Under the pieces are notes generated by a model. That model did no database searches. It was not told where the DNA came from and was given only the letters and a program-made list of their open reading frames with translations. From the sequence record PV472050.1: a stretch of DNA of 64,000 nucleotides; one strand, given 5' to 3'. Of the stretch, positions 10,807 through 20,122 are shown in pieces. The translations under genes were made by a program, and so were the position numbers. The first letter of the stretch is position 1. Each line of letters begins with the position of its first letter.

Positions 10807-10992
10807 ATGACCAGTACGGTTAACGTAACCGCTCATTGTACCGAAGATAAGGAAGTAGTGGTTCGGGTCCAGACGCCTGAAGATATCTCGCAAGAGGTTA
10901 TTCTTCAGAACGGTGAGAAGACGGAAGTGGTGGTGTTCGGCGCTAAGCACGTCATCATTCACGAACGGACTCGGTTGGAACCCGAAGGTTAA
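10807..10992 (+). CDS. small hypothetical protein (61 aa)
   Basis: TAAGGAGG SD before ATG. Confidence 0.75.
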   Translation: MTSTVNVTAHCTEDKEVVVRVQTPEDISQEVILQNGEKTEVVVFGAKHVIIHERTRLEPEG

Positions 10993-11018
10993 CGGCGGTT
11001 GATCCTATAGTTAAAGAG

Positions 11019-11043
11019 TAACCCTGGGCGGCGCCCAGGGTTA
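11019..11043 (+). terminator. hairpin, possible terminator or processing site
   Basis: TAACCCTGGGCG/CGCCCAGGGTTA inverted repeat; weak T tract. Confidence 0.4.
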
Positions 11044-11077
11044 CTTGATTGTTATAGGGTTTTCGTGGAGTTGATGT

Positions 11078-14000
11078 ATGACAGACGAACAGAACACATC
11101 CCTTTCCTATGCTAAATGGTTGGTTAAGTACCTGAGATGTAACAACCTACCCAAAGAACTGATCGATGATAAACGCCTCCGTATTGATTGGGAGGCTCGA
11201 ACAGACGATGAAACCCTTTTAGCTCACTTCAATGAAGACAGCTTAAGTGGTATCAAGACTGTTCGTTTTCTCAAGGACTTTTTCAACTACCAAGCGGGTT
11301 ATGATCGGGAGACCCGGAATACCAGTTTCCTCAGAACCACGGAAGTGTTCAGGCAACAGGGGATCAATAACTTTTACTTCATCCTCCAATTGAACAATCC
11401 CCTGTTGAAAGGGGTGGATCCCTTTGATCCTAACCTCACTCCTGAGCAACAGGTGTGGGTCCTGGAGGAGTGTCGGAGTAACTTTTGGTACTTCCTACGG
11501 GAAGTCTGCCGGTTAAAGCCGAATCAGCCCTTCTTAGCGAACCGGGGGAATATCAGCTTTATTTGGTCGTATTTGAATCACATTACCACCTACATGATCA
11601 TGCCGCGGCAACAGGGTAAGCAGCAGCGGAACAGTGCTAAGGTTCGTATTGTGCCTAAGGATACCCTGAAGACTATTACCCCTCAGGATACTTGGAAACG
11701 GATCGAACACCTACGGGTGGGGGATCAAGTCCTGGACCGTTCCGGGAAGCCGTGTCAGGTGATTGGCATTCATCCCCAGGGTAAACGCCGGTTGTATCGC
11801 GTCATTACCAGTGACGGACGAGCCACGGATGTAGGGACTGAACATCTGTGGACCTTGAAGGATTATTCCAACTGCCTCAATGGACGTGCACTCTGGAATG
11901 ACTATTCGACCGTTGATGTCATTAACCTGTTGAAGAAGAAGGTTAAACTTCAATTGCCGTTACCGGCTCCGGTACCCGGGAGTGAACAGGACCTACCTAT
12001 TGACCCGTACGTTCTCGGGTTGATCTATTGCGGACAAGATCAAGACGGTAAGGTTATTATCCCCACGCGTACGGATGCGGTTAAACAGTACGTAGCTGAT
12101 CATCTCCCTCGGGGGGTAACAGTTATTCAGGGAGTGGCTAACAGTTGCTTAGAACGGACTGATAACCAACCTTATTTATTCAACAGGGAACACGGTTTAC
12201 CGGATCAATACCTAGAAGCCCCTTTAAACGCCCGGAGAGACCTCTTACAGGCGTTTTTAGACGTTAGGGGTAAGGTTGGTAGGGGTAAGGTCTTTATAGC
12301 CTTAAATCGCGTCCTAGGAGGTCAACTGGCGTATTTAGCCCGTAGTCTAGGTGGAACCGGTAAAGTCACCAAGAACGGAGTAGAGATTACCCTACCGGAA
12401 GAGGTACCTCCGTTCAAGTTCAGGGAAGAGAATGTCGTCTTTGATAATCGGTTGCTGATCGAGCGGGTGACTTTCGTAGGGGATGACGATTGTACCTGTA
12501 TTGAAGTCGATAACAGTGAACAGTTGTATTTGACCGATGACTTCATTGTGACCCACAACACGGTATCGGTTCAGGTGATTGACTTCTGGTTAACGTACAT
12601 CATGGGCCGGGGGTATACGAGCCACTTGATTACCTTGAAGTCGGATAACCGAGCTCAGTTCATTGCGGCTATTAAGCAGATACGGAGTTCCATTCCCTCG
12701 TATTTGATTAACTCGACCTACAAGGACAAGGATGCTGGTACCAGTCTGACCTACAAGGCCTTTGGGGAAGATAACGTTAATACGCTGTACATTAACGTCC
12801 CTCAGATCAGTCAGGATGCAGCAGGGGATCTCGGTCGGGGGTTACGGGTAGGGACTACCAACTACGATGAGTCCGGGTATATTCGGTTCATCGACACCAT
12901 CATTGACGGGTGTTCCCCGTCCTCGCTAACGGAAATGGCGTTGTGCAGAGAGCAGGGGTTGCCGTATGGGATTACGCACATTACGACCCCCAATACCACG
13001 CTCCATCCCAGCGGGGAGTTTATGTTCAATAAACTCATGAGTGCAACGGAGTGGCGGGAGAAGTTCTTTGATTGCTTCAGTGAGAGTCACTTGAGGCAGA
13101 TGTTACTCAGGGCTTCCCCTACGAAGACAACCTCTCCGTCAGTCTCCATGGTGTACAATTACCTTCAACTGGGTAAGGACAAAGCCTGGGTGCGGGAAAC
13201 CATTGACCTGCTAGGATTGAGTTTGGCGAAAGCCAAGATCGACTTATTGCTCATGTGGGTGGAAGATGGGGAGAATCGGTTGTTTGACGATGTGACCCGG
13301 GAAGCCATTAACAACATGAAGCGGGACGTGGTGTGGAGTAAGGAGTATCGGGACTGTAACCTGTACGTGGACTTCTTTGTGACCCAACAGGAATTGTTGG
13401 AGATGGCAAAGAAGGAGTACAATGACCATTTCCTGATTGGTGTGGATACGTCCTCAGCCATTAACAAGGATGCCTGCACCATTGTGATTCGCAGTATGAA
13501 GACGGGTAAGGTCATTGGGGTGGGACGATATCCCTTAACCTTCTTGGATGATGTCACAGCCATTGTTGTGGATTTGCTGGACGTGATTCAGAACAGCACC
13601 TTGATCATAGAGCGTAACTACGCACATCACATGATCGACAGTCTGTTGATTATGCTGCCGGCTAAGGGTATGGATCCCTTTAAACGGGTCTTTAACCAAA
13701 TCTACCAAGACACCGTCAATAACGCTAAGGAGTTTGAGGAAGTCCAGAACACCAAATTTGCTTACCGGAATAAAGCGTTCTACCTGAAGTATAAACAATA
13801 CTTCGGGTTCGTGACGACCAAGACCACTCGGGACGTCCTGTACGGCCTCATCCAAGAGGCGGTTGGGAATACCGGGTACGGCCTCTGTTATGCGAAGCTC
13901 GCGGATGAATTGATCAACCTGAAACTCAAGGGGGATCGAATCGACCACGATGCGAAGCAGCACGATGACTTGGTCATTGCGTGGCTACTGAGCTACTGGT

Positions 14001-14344
14001 TCATTAAGCTCGGGGAGAACAAGTCCTTGTACGGGATCCCTCCGGGGATTGCCTTAACGGACACCCGTAACCTACTGAACTCTGCTCAGAACCAAGGACG
14101 AACCGAGTATGAGCCGTACGTGGTTCAACTCATCGATAAAGTCCGGAGTAAGGTTCACAGCCTAACTGAAGAACTGATGAGCACCCAGGACAATATCTTA
14201 GCACTTCGTCTAGAGGTGGAGATTCGGAAGTTAGCCAAGATGTTGCCTCCGGAACAGAATCGCATGATGACCATTGACGTGCTGTTGGAGAACGCTAAAG
14301 TGGAACGCAACAAACGCCTACTGCAACAACGCAGAACAGCATAA
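11078..14344 (+). CDS. terL: terminase large subunit, intein-containing (1088 aa precursor, about 775 aa spliced)
   Basis: Walker A PRQQGK|T split by an intein; Walker B NYDES; RNase H-like nuclease motifs IGVDTS, IIERN, HDDLVIA. Confidence 0.93.
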   Translation: MTDEQNTSLSYAKWLVKYLRCNNLPKELIDDKRLRIDWEARTDDETLLAHFNEDSLSGIKTVRFLKDFFNYQAGYDRETRNTSFLRTTEVFRQQGINNFYFILQLNNPLLKGVDPFDPNLTPEQQVWVLEECRSNFWYFLREVCRLKPNQPFLANRGNISFIWSYLNHITTYMIMPRQQGKQQRNSAKVRIVPKDTLKTITPQDTWKRIEHLRVGDQVLDRSGKPCQVIGIHPQGKRRLYRVITSDGRATDVGTEHLWTLKDYSNCLNGRALWNDYSTVDVINLLKKKVKLQLPLPAPVPGSEQDLPIDPYVLGLIYCGQDQDGKVIIPTRTDAVKQYVADHLPRGVTVIQGVANSCLERTDNQPYLFNREHGLPDQYLEAPLNARRDLLQAFLDVRGKVGRGKVFIALNRVLGGQLAYLARSLGGTGKVTKNGVEITLPEEVPPFKFREENVVFDNRLLIERVTFVGDDDCTCIEVDNSEQLYLTDDFIVTHNTVSVQVIDFWLTYIMGRGYTSHLITLKSDNRAQFIAAIKQIRSSIPSYLINSTYKDKDAGTSLTYKAFGEDNVNTLYINVPQISQDAAGDLGRGLRVGTTNYDESGYIRFIDTIIDGCSPSSLTEMALCREQGLPYGITHITTPNTTLHPSGEFMFNKLMSATEWREKFFDCFSESHLRQMLLRASPTKTTSPSVSMVYNYLQLGKDKAWVRETIDLLGLSLAKAKIDLLLMWVEDGENRLFDDVTREAINNMKRDVVWSKEYRDCNLYVDFFVTQQELLEMAKKEYNDHFLIGVDTSSAINKDACTIVIRSMKTGKVIGVGRYPLTFLDDVTAIVVDLLDVIQNSTLIIERNYAHHMIDSLLIMLPAKGMDPFKRVFNQIYQDTVNNAKEFEEVQNTKFAYRNKAFYLKYKQYFGFVTTKTTRDVLYGLIQEAVGNTGYGLCYAKLADELINLKLKGDRIDHDAKQHDDLVIAWLLSYWFIKLGENKSLYGIPPGIALTDTRNLLNSAQNQGRTEYEPYVVQLIDKVRSKVHSLTEELMSTQDNILALRLEVEIRKLAKMLPPEQNRMMTIDVLLENAKVERNKRLLQQRRTA
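11621..12559 (+). mobile_element. class 3 intein (313 aa, N-terminal Gln) with degenerate LAGLIDADG domain
   Basis: block B TEHLW, block F CTCIEV, block G IVTHN|T; inserted between Walker A Lys and Thr. Confidence 0.9.
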
Positions 14345-14352
14345 GACCTGAC

Positions 14353-14382
14353 CCTCCTGGAGCCCGACAGGGGCTCCAGGAG
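14353..14382. terminator. bidirectional terminator
   Basis: 13-bp perfect stem CCTCCTGGAGCCC/GGGCTCCAGGAGG between convergent genes. Confidence 0.7.
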
Positions 14383-14437
14383 GTATCGGGTTATTTCTGC
14401 TTCAGAAAGGGCGGTATAACCCACTTAGTTACAAGGG

Positions 14438-14734
14438 TTACGCTACAGCAAGCAGTGCATGTTCCAGTTCTTGCAGAGTGTGACCTTTAGCCGGCTTGCC
14501 GTTGGCCAATAGGGTGAAGGCTTCAGAGGCGGCGGTTTGATCCAGATACCAACGGTAGTTCGGCGAGTTTTCGTCGAACATCGGCGAGCGGGAGGGTTCA
14601 CCTGGTGGTGTAGGGATCCAAGGGAAGATCATGAACACCCGGATTGACGCTGAACCACTTTCCACCATCACACTAACCATGGTGTGCGTATGGCACGAAC
14701 AGAGAAGCTTTTGGGTCAAGGGGAGTGCGTGCAT
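14438..14734 (-). CDS. hypothetical protein (98 aa)
   Basis: AGGAG 8 nt before ATG 14734 (MHALPLTQK); track start overlaps the upstream gene. Confidence 0.55.
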   Translation of the reverse strand: MHALPLTQKLLCSCHTHTMVSVMVESGSASIRVFMIFPWIPTPPGEPSRSPMFDENSPNYRWYLDQTAASEAFTLLANGKPAKGHTLQELEHALLAVA

Positions 14735-14781
14735 AGTGTCTGCTCCTACGCAGTCTGCATGAATAAATTCCTTGTAACTGG

Positions 14782-16143
14782 TTATTCGAAATAATCCTTG
14801 GACAGTACGCGCAGTACAATGAACAAGCACAACGCCGTACGAGTGGTTAATACCCACTGAGGGGTTTTACGTCCGGTAATGGCAATCACAATCTGATCAC
14901 CTAATTCCCGAATCGTCTTAACCATGTCATTCCGACTCCGACTCGCCCCGTAAGCACCGCGCATCTTGATCAACACGTTGTAGACTTTACTGCGTTTGAT
15001 GTTGTTGGCGTGCAGGTAATCAAACAGGTGCAATACGACCGTTTCAGCAAACTGTTTGTACTCAGGGGTTTTGGGGTTGTTGTACCGCTTAGGGAACTCT
15101 TGCAGGGTATACGTCAGCATGTTCATCCGAACATCCTCCAGTACACTGGCTGCATAGTTCATTAACTCTTCCTTGTAGAACGAGGTTTCCTCTGTCAGGA
15201 TACGGTCCAGGTACTGAACGTGTTGATTCACGTCTTTCGCTACCGACTTAATGGTCAGTTCATCTCCGAGGTTAACCTTAGAGTTCTCCAGTTTAACGAT
15301 GTTGGTCTTGTTCTTGACATCGTGGAAGACTTTGTTAATGTCGTTAATCGCCCTTCTAAGCCTGTTCTGAATATCTCCTACCATGTAAACAATTTTCTTA
15401 TCATCGTTCATCTGGGTAAAGGCTTCGTAGTGGATACCGGTCTTAGGGTTCAGGATAAACTCCGCCCGCGCCTCAATCAACGCCCTCCAGCTTCCATACC
15501 GTTTAATGTCATACTTCAAGCTCAACCGGTTATAGGTCTCCAGGACCACCTCTTTACGGGCGGTAAAGGGGTAGTCGTTGTGAATGATCGAAGTGAGGCA
15601 TTTGTAGTGGTACATGCACACCACGTCTTTCATGGCTTGATGTTTGACTTTCTCCGGTAACTTCGAATGATGAATCCGGTACAGCAAGTAAGGAATGGTC
15701 ATATTGAACGCATCCCCTACGACCGCCCACTCTTTCTTGATGGCTGCCGCGTTGTGGAGGTTCTCTTTGAGTTCCTCTTCATCCAGGTCAATGATGTCAT
15801 TGAACCATTGGTTACGGTCTGCGGTAGTAAAGGTGATCTTCTGCAACCCTAGGTACGGGCTCCCAAAGAACTCCATGTGGTCCACCACACCCATACGGCG
15901 GGTAATGAACGCATACACGTACTTCTGAAGATCACTCGCCCACCGAGGGGTAATCTCCAAGTACGTCGCCAGTCGGGTAAAGATCTCCAGAATGGCATGG
16001 TTACTCTGGAATTCCACCCCTGACAGTAAGGCTTCATTCCCTTCCACGCCTAAGAGGTCACTATCAGGAGTCTTTGCCTCTTCAAAGAGACTAAAGATAT
16101 CCTGGTCCCCTACGAGGTCTTCCGTTCCGTCTAATACTAACAT
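14782..16143 (-). CDS. conserved phiKZ-like protein, probable head protein (453 aa)
   Basis: GAGGGG SD before ATG 16143; acidic N-terminus with G-N-E and G-V-E motifs fitting the prohead-protease S/A/G-x-E rule. Confidence 0.6.
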   Translation of the reverse strand: MLVLDGTEDLVGDQDIFSLFEEAKTPDSDLLGVEGNEALLSGVEFQSNHAILEIFTRLATYLEITPRWASDLQKYVYAFITRRMGVVDHMEFFGSPYLGLQKITFTTADRNQWFNDIIDLDEEELKENLHNAAAIKKEWAVVGDAFNMTIPYLLYRIHHSKLPEKVKHQAMKDVVCMYHYKCLTSIIHNDYPFTARKEVVLETYNRLSLKYDIKRYGSWRALIEARAEFILNPKTGIHYEAFTQMNDDKKIVYMVGDIQNRLRRAINDINKVFHDVKNKTNIVKLENSKVNLGDELTIKSVAKDVNQHVQYLDRILTEETSFYKEELMNYAASVLEDVRMNMLTYTLQEFPKRYNNPKTPEYKQFAETVVLHLFDYLHANNIKRSKVYNVLIKMRGAYGASRSRNDMVKTIRELGDQIVIAITGRKTPQWVLTTRTALCLFIVLRVLSKDYFE

Positions 16144-16159
16144 TGAAAACCCCTCTTGG

Positions 16160-17008
16160 TTAATTCCGACGTGGTGTTGCCATCCGTATTGCTTCAATAC
16201 GGGCTTGTTTATCCGACCACGTCATGCAGTTGATCCAGGTGTTCTTGAAATACTCTTTGTATTGGGTCCACGCGTCACTGTAGGCCTGTATATCGTCCCG
16301 TATGGCGTCTAGGGGAACGCCTGAGCGATAAACCGCCTCTTGGGTAGGTCGCCTACAGGTTTTGTAAATATACGCCTTAACGGCCAATTCAACGAGCTCT
16401 GCGAACTGCCGGTAATGACGAGGGTGAATACTGCTCATCCCTTCATCGTATTCCAAGATTACTTTAGCACTCATGGAATACGTTCCCGCATTCAACCCAA
16501 AGATCACAAAGCAGTTATTACCGGTCATATGGACATTGGTGAACGTGACTGGCATACTGCGGTTAGAACTCAATCCCCCCAGTAAGCCATCCATCATGTC
16601 ATTCAGTACTCCGGACCCACACATCGTGTTCTCATTCACCCCGGCCCCTAACTGACCAACTGCGGAACTCATACTCCCCAGGTAGACTTCTGTCACACTG
16701 ATGATCTTAGCACCCCGAGTCGTCGCTTCCGGTACGTTCACCTCTACACACCCATTCCCCCGATCACGGATCATGGATCCTCCCAGATCCAACAACTCCG
16801 TCTTCCCACCCCCTACGTTACATTCCGGTAGAACAATACGGTGAATCACTTTCTCCCGTATACCCTGTTCCACGGTTGTCTGGTTAACCAGGTTATACCA
16901 ATTCCCCGCATAGTTCGCATTGGGGGTTTCAAACGCTAGCTTTAACAAGTACTCATCAATATCACTACCGCTTACTACACGATTGATCGCATGGTCTACT
17001 GGATTCAT
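16160..17008 (-). CDS. conserved phiKZ-like protein, probable virion protein (282 aa)
   Basis: GAGG SD; co-oriented with the 453-aa gene. Confidence 0.65.
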   Translation of the reverse strand: MNPVDHAINRVVSGSDIDEYLLKLAFETPNANYAGNWYNLVNQTTVEQGIREKVIHRIVLPECNVGGGKTELLDLGGSMIRDRGNGCVEVNVPEATTRGAKIISVTEVYLGSMSSAVGQLGAGVNENTMCGSGVLNDMMDGLLGGLSSNRSMPVTFTNVHMTGNNCFVIFGLNAGTYSMSAKVILEYDEGMSSIHPRHYRQFAELVELAVKAYIYKTCRRPTQEAVYRSGVPLDAIRDDIQAYSDAWTQYKEYFKNTWINCMTWSDKQARIEAIRMATPRRN

Positions 17009-17033
17009 TTAAGGTGACCTCGTCTGACAAACC

Positions 17034-17059
17034 TTAACGGGTTTATATAAACCCGTTAA
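17034..17059. repeat. perfect 26-bp palindrome
   Basis: TTAACGGGTTTATATAAACCCGTTAA equals its reverse complement. Confidence 0.95.
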
Positions 17060-17567
17060 CTAGGATTAGGGAATCATAACATCTTCCAGTAATTCATTAT
17101 TCGGTTTCCATTATATGTTCCACTTACCCAATTCTCATTTTGGAGGAGGGGGTAAGATTCTTTAGGACTGAGCGACATGAGCCTACGGCGAGTGGAGTGA
17201 AGGAGTAAAGAATCTTGGGGGAGGAGGCCCTACCGAAGGTAGAGTCCAGAGAAGAGAAAAGAGAAAATCCGAAGGAAAAACCTATTACTCCGTAATAGCT
17301 TTTGCTCTTTATATAAGCCCCGGAGGGGCTTATAAGGCAATAAAATTTAACTTTAGTATTTATTATTATTATAGGAAATTGCTTTTTTATTTAAAAAAGG
17401 AAAAATGAAGAGGAAATGAAAATGGGAAAATACCTTTTAAATATTCCCTAAATTTCATTTGCTATTAAAGAAGTACCCCTTTCAAAGTTAATTACCCCGA
17501 CCGGCATTCCCGAACAGGGAAGCCGGCGTATAGGGTTTATAATGCAATACTGAAATAGGGTTAATGG

Positions 17568-17585
17568 ATTTCAGTTCTACATTAT
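17568..17585 (+). promoter_or_regulatory. phage promoter-like motif
   Basis: ATTTCAGTTCTACATTAT; weaker match to the motif at four other operon heads. Confidence 0.45.
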
Positions 17586-17657
17586 CATTGGGTAATGAAA
17601 GAATACAGTTATTCGTATTGATATGTTTTGTTAAACCCAGAAGAGGAAGAGTGTGTA

Positions 17658-18206
17658 ATGACAACGATTGCTTATCGTGACGGTGTAATGGCGGCGGATA
17701 CTCGTGTGGTCAACGGGGCCGATATGATCAACCTCGGAGAGCAACGTAAGATCCACGAACCGGGGGAAGAAGAGTACTGGAGTGTCAACGGTGACCGTAT
17801 TATCTGTTTTGGTTTGTCGGGGAGTCTGTCGGATCTGTTGGCCTTTAAAGAACTGTTGAGTGAAGGGATTACCTTTAAGACCAAAGCACCTGACCACCTC
17901 GTTGGGGACTCGAATATGCTCTGTGTGGGTGAACAGGGTAATGTTTGGCTGGTTTCAGCATTTAAACAACGAGACGGGAGTATGGTGTTTACAGTGTCAT
18001 GCGTACAACCCCCGTTTGCAATTGGATCGGGGGGTATTTACGCCAGTTCGGTGATGGCGGTGGGTAAAAGTGCGGTGGATGCAGTTAAAGTGGCGTGTAA
18101 GTTGGATATCTATTCTGGCGGTCGTATTGATACCTGGGAACTCCCCCCTATTCCAGAAACCCCCAGTAAGCGCCCTGAACCGGCCGCCGATAAGACGGCA
18201 AAATAA
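17658..18206 (+). CDS. HslV/proteasome beta-like Ntn-hydrolase peptidase
   Basis: starts MTTIAYRDGVMAADTR (N-terminal Thr nucleophile); AIGSGG and DIYSGG motifs. Confidence 0.8.
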   Translation: MTTIAYRDGVMAADTRVVNGADMINLGEQRKIHEPGEEEYWSVNGDRIICFGLSGSLSDLLAFKELLSEGITFKTKAPDHLVGDSNMLCVGEQGNVWLVSAFKQRDGSMVFTVSCVQPPFAIGSGGIYASSVMAVGKSAVDAVKVACKLDIYSGGRIDTWELPPIPETPSKRPEPAADKTAK

Positions 18207-18235
18207 TCCCTAGGGGGTAAGACCCTCAGAATGTA

Positions 18236-18445
18236 GGCGATGGAAACTAGAGTGTGTAGGTATTTTATGCCGATGACCTGCATTCACTCCATCGCCGGTC
18301 CTGGTGGGAAGGTTAGGAGTGTTAGACACCCACCACCCCTCAACTGCCCAAGCCTATTCTGTCAGGCTTGAGAGGGTTGCCTACAAAACGCTCCGCCCCT
18401 CCAGCTCTATGTCACTATGATGTAGAGCTGGAGGTCTTACTTCTT
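18236..18445 (+). ncRNA. candidate structured non-coding RNA
   Basis: four consecutive stem-loops ending in a 12-bp hairpin plus T tract; no ORF. Confidence 0.35.
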
Positions 18446-18559
18446 TTATTTTTTATTTACCCAGGAGGGAATATCTTATGCCGTTAAAGTGACCTGTTTC
18501 CACGCCATGGTTCTCTGGGTCACTGTAACGGTACAACGTTATTGATCCTCTTGGATGCG

Positions 18560-18616
18560 CTAACGGGTGGTGTTATGGTTATATCGGCGGTTACCCACCC
18601 GTTAGTCTTTTTTTTT
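18560..18616 (+). terminator. intrinsic terminator
   Basis: 11-bp stem CTAACGGGTGG/CCACCCGTTAG followed by T9. Confidence 0.7.
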
Positions 18617-18630
18617 GATTACGCTAGATA

Positions 18631-18648
18631 ATTTGAAACCTAAATTAT
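18631..18648 (+). promoter_or_regulatory. phage promoter-like motif upstream of phuZ
   Basis: ATTTGAAACCTAAATTAT. Confidence 0.55.
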
Positions 18649-18713
18649 TAGCAGGCTATTGGAGAATAGTCCTTTTTAATGACTTCCCTGTAAACCAAAG
18701 AGAGCGATTCGAT

Positions 18714-19676
18714 ATGTCTCAGATTCAATACTACCTCATGGGCGGCGCGGGTATCAACATTGGTGCGGGTTTGAAAGAATATTCCCGTACGCGTGTGAAC
18801 AGTGATGCGGGGATGGTAGGTTTCGATACCAGTGATAAGAACTTCACGGCCGCGTTCCCCATTGAGCAACTCGAAGGGGTGAACGGGAGTGGTAAGGATT
18901 CCACCAAGCACTACGACAAACTCCTCCCCTTCGTAGCGGCTAACCTGAAGAAACACCGTCCCGGTGTTCACAACATCATCGTAGCCAGTACCGCTGGTGG
19001 TACTGGGCGTGTTATGGCGATGATTGCGTTGCGCCTGCTGGTCGAGTCGGGTAAGAACGTCATTCTCTGCCTGATCTCGGAACACACTTCCCTGGTGGAT
19101 AAAGAAAACGCGGTCAACGCCCTCCGTTCCTTTGCTAACCAGTGCCAACCCAATCAGCTGAACCGTCCGGTGTGCTACATGGAGTTCCTCAATACGCCGA
19201 ACCTGACCCGTAAGGAAGTCAACCTTCAGGCGATTGATTCACTGAATCTCCTGAGTCTCCTCTTTGATCCCGGTAATACGGAAATCGATGAGGAAGACAT
19301 TAAACGCTTCTTCAATTACTCGGCGGGGGGTAAAACCAGGCCGGCGTTGAGTCGTATTCATTTCTACGACCAGGATGGTGCAGCGGACTATACCGGTAAG
19401 GTACCGGTCTCGGTCGCCAGCCTGTACCCGAACAACGATGACGTGGTTCCTCGGTTTATGGGATCGGTTTACCGGACGACGGGTATTTTCTCCCCCAACA
19501 GTGATCGTCCGGAGGACATCAAAGAGCTGCACGTGACCCTCGATCACGGTGAAGCCCTGGAAGAACTGGAGAAAGAGATCGAAGGGCTGGAAACGGTTCA
19601 AGCTCAAGCTGCCGTTGACTTCTCTCAACAGAAGGACATTTCGGAAGGATCGAACGATCTGGGCTTCATGCTGTAA
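18714..19676 (+). CDS. phuZ: PhuZ phage tubulin (320 aa)
   Basis: GGAGINIG, FDTS, GSGKD and tubulin signature STAGGTG; acidic C-terminal tail; ATG 18714 (MSQIQYY). Confidence 0.93.
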   Translation: MSQIQYYLMGGAGINIGAGLKEYSRTRVNSDAGMVGFDTSDKNFTAAFPIEQLEGVNGSGKDSTKHYDKLLPFVAANLKKHRPGVHNIIVASTAGGTGRVMAMIALRLLVESGKNVILCLISEHTSLVDKENAVNALRSFANQCQPNQLNRPVCYMEFLNTPNLTRKEVNLQAIDSLNLLSLLFDPGNTEIDEEDIKRFFNYSAGGKTRPALSRIHFYDQDGAADYTGKVPVSVASLYPNNDDVVPRFMGSVYRTTGIFSPNSDRPEDIKELHVTLDHGEALEELEKEIEGLETVQAQAAVDFSQQKDISEGSNDLGFML

Positions 19677-19691
19677 GACAGACAGTGAATC

Positions 19692-19725
19692 GCTAAGGTA
19701 GGGAGCTCACGCTCCCTACCTTAGC
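19692..19725 (+). terminator. terminator after phuZ
   Basis: 15-bp perfect stem GCTAAGGTAGGGAGC/GCTCCCTACCTTAGC. Confidence 0.75.
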
Positions 19726-19814
19726 CTTTATTACGCTTTGGGGTATTTTTTATAATGAGTTTTTACTAAAATGGGCATTATTATACAGGCTTAATTAAAT
19801 ATAGGGGTTAGAAG

Positions 19815-20108
19815 GTGTCTATAAGCTTCTCTGTTGATTTATCAAGGGGTTACCTATACCGACCTACCGGTTCAGGTAAAAACGTCGTGTTAAGGAAAAT
19901 AGACCGGTTTGACGTGGTACACTGTTTACAGGCATTAGGGTACCACAACCTGAACGAACGCAGTCTGAATCGTCGAGCTATGGTCTTTATTCCGTCTCTG
20001 GAGGAGGACATCACGAAATTCACGATCGGTGTACCGAGTGACGCACAGGTTCGTATTCGTGGGATTGGGAACTGCTCCCAACGGTTATTGATTACATTTG
20101 TTTATTAA
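19815..20108 (+). CDS. hypothetical protein (97 aa)
   Basis: GTG start; first gene of a tightly packed small-gene run. Confidence 0.6.
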   Translation: MSISFSVDLSRGYLYRPTGSGKNVVLRKIDRFDVVHCLQALGYHNLNERSLNRRAMVFIPSLEEDITKFTIGVPSDAQVRIRGIGNCSQRLLITFVY

Positions 20109-20122
20109 GGAGACGTCGTCCC

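Larger units (their letters stand above)
17009..17657. other. long non-coding divergent region with palindromes and AT-rich tract (candidate origin/control region)
   Basis: largest ORF-free gap in the window; several perfect inverted repeats; AT-rich about 17335-17470. Confidence 0.5.

Noticed and set aside
14155-14424. 89-aa minus-strand ORF
   Set aside because: Crosses a terminator and runs antisense into terL.
17009-18616. tRNA or CRISPR array in the long intergenic regions
   Set aside because: No cloverleaf with T-loop consensus and no regularly spaced direct repeats were seen by eye; tRNAscan-SE and a CRISPR finder would settle it.
18615-18713. TTG-started extension of PhuZ (similar over-long starts at 1141, 5539, 16197, 25991, 33180, 41025, 48833)
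   Set aside because: These extensions cover promoters, terminators or neighbouring genes; downstream ATGs mostly have better SD context.
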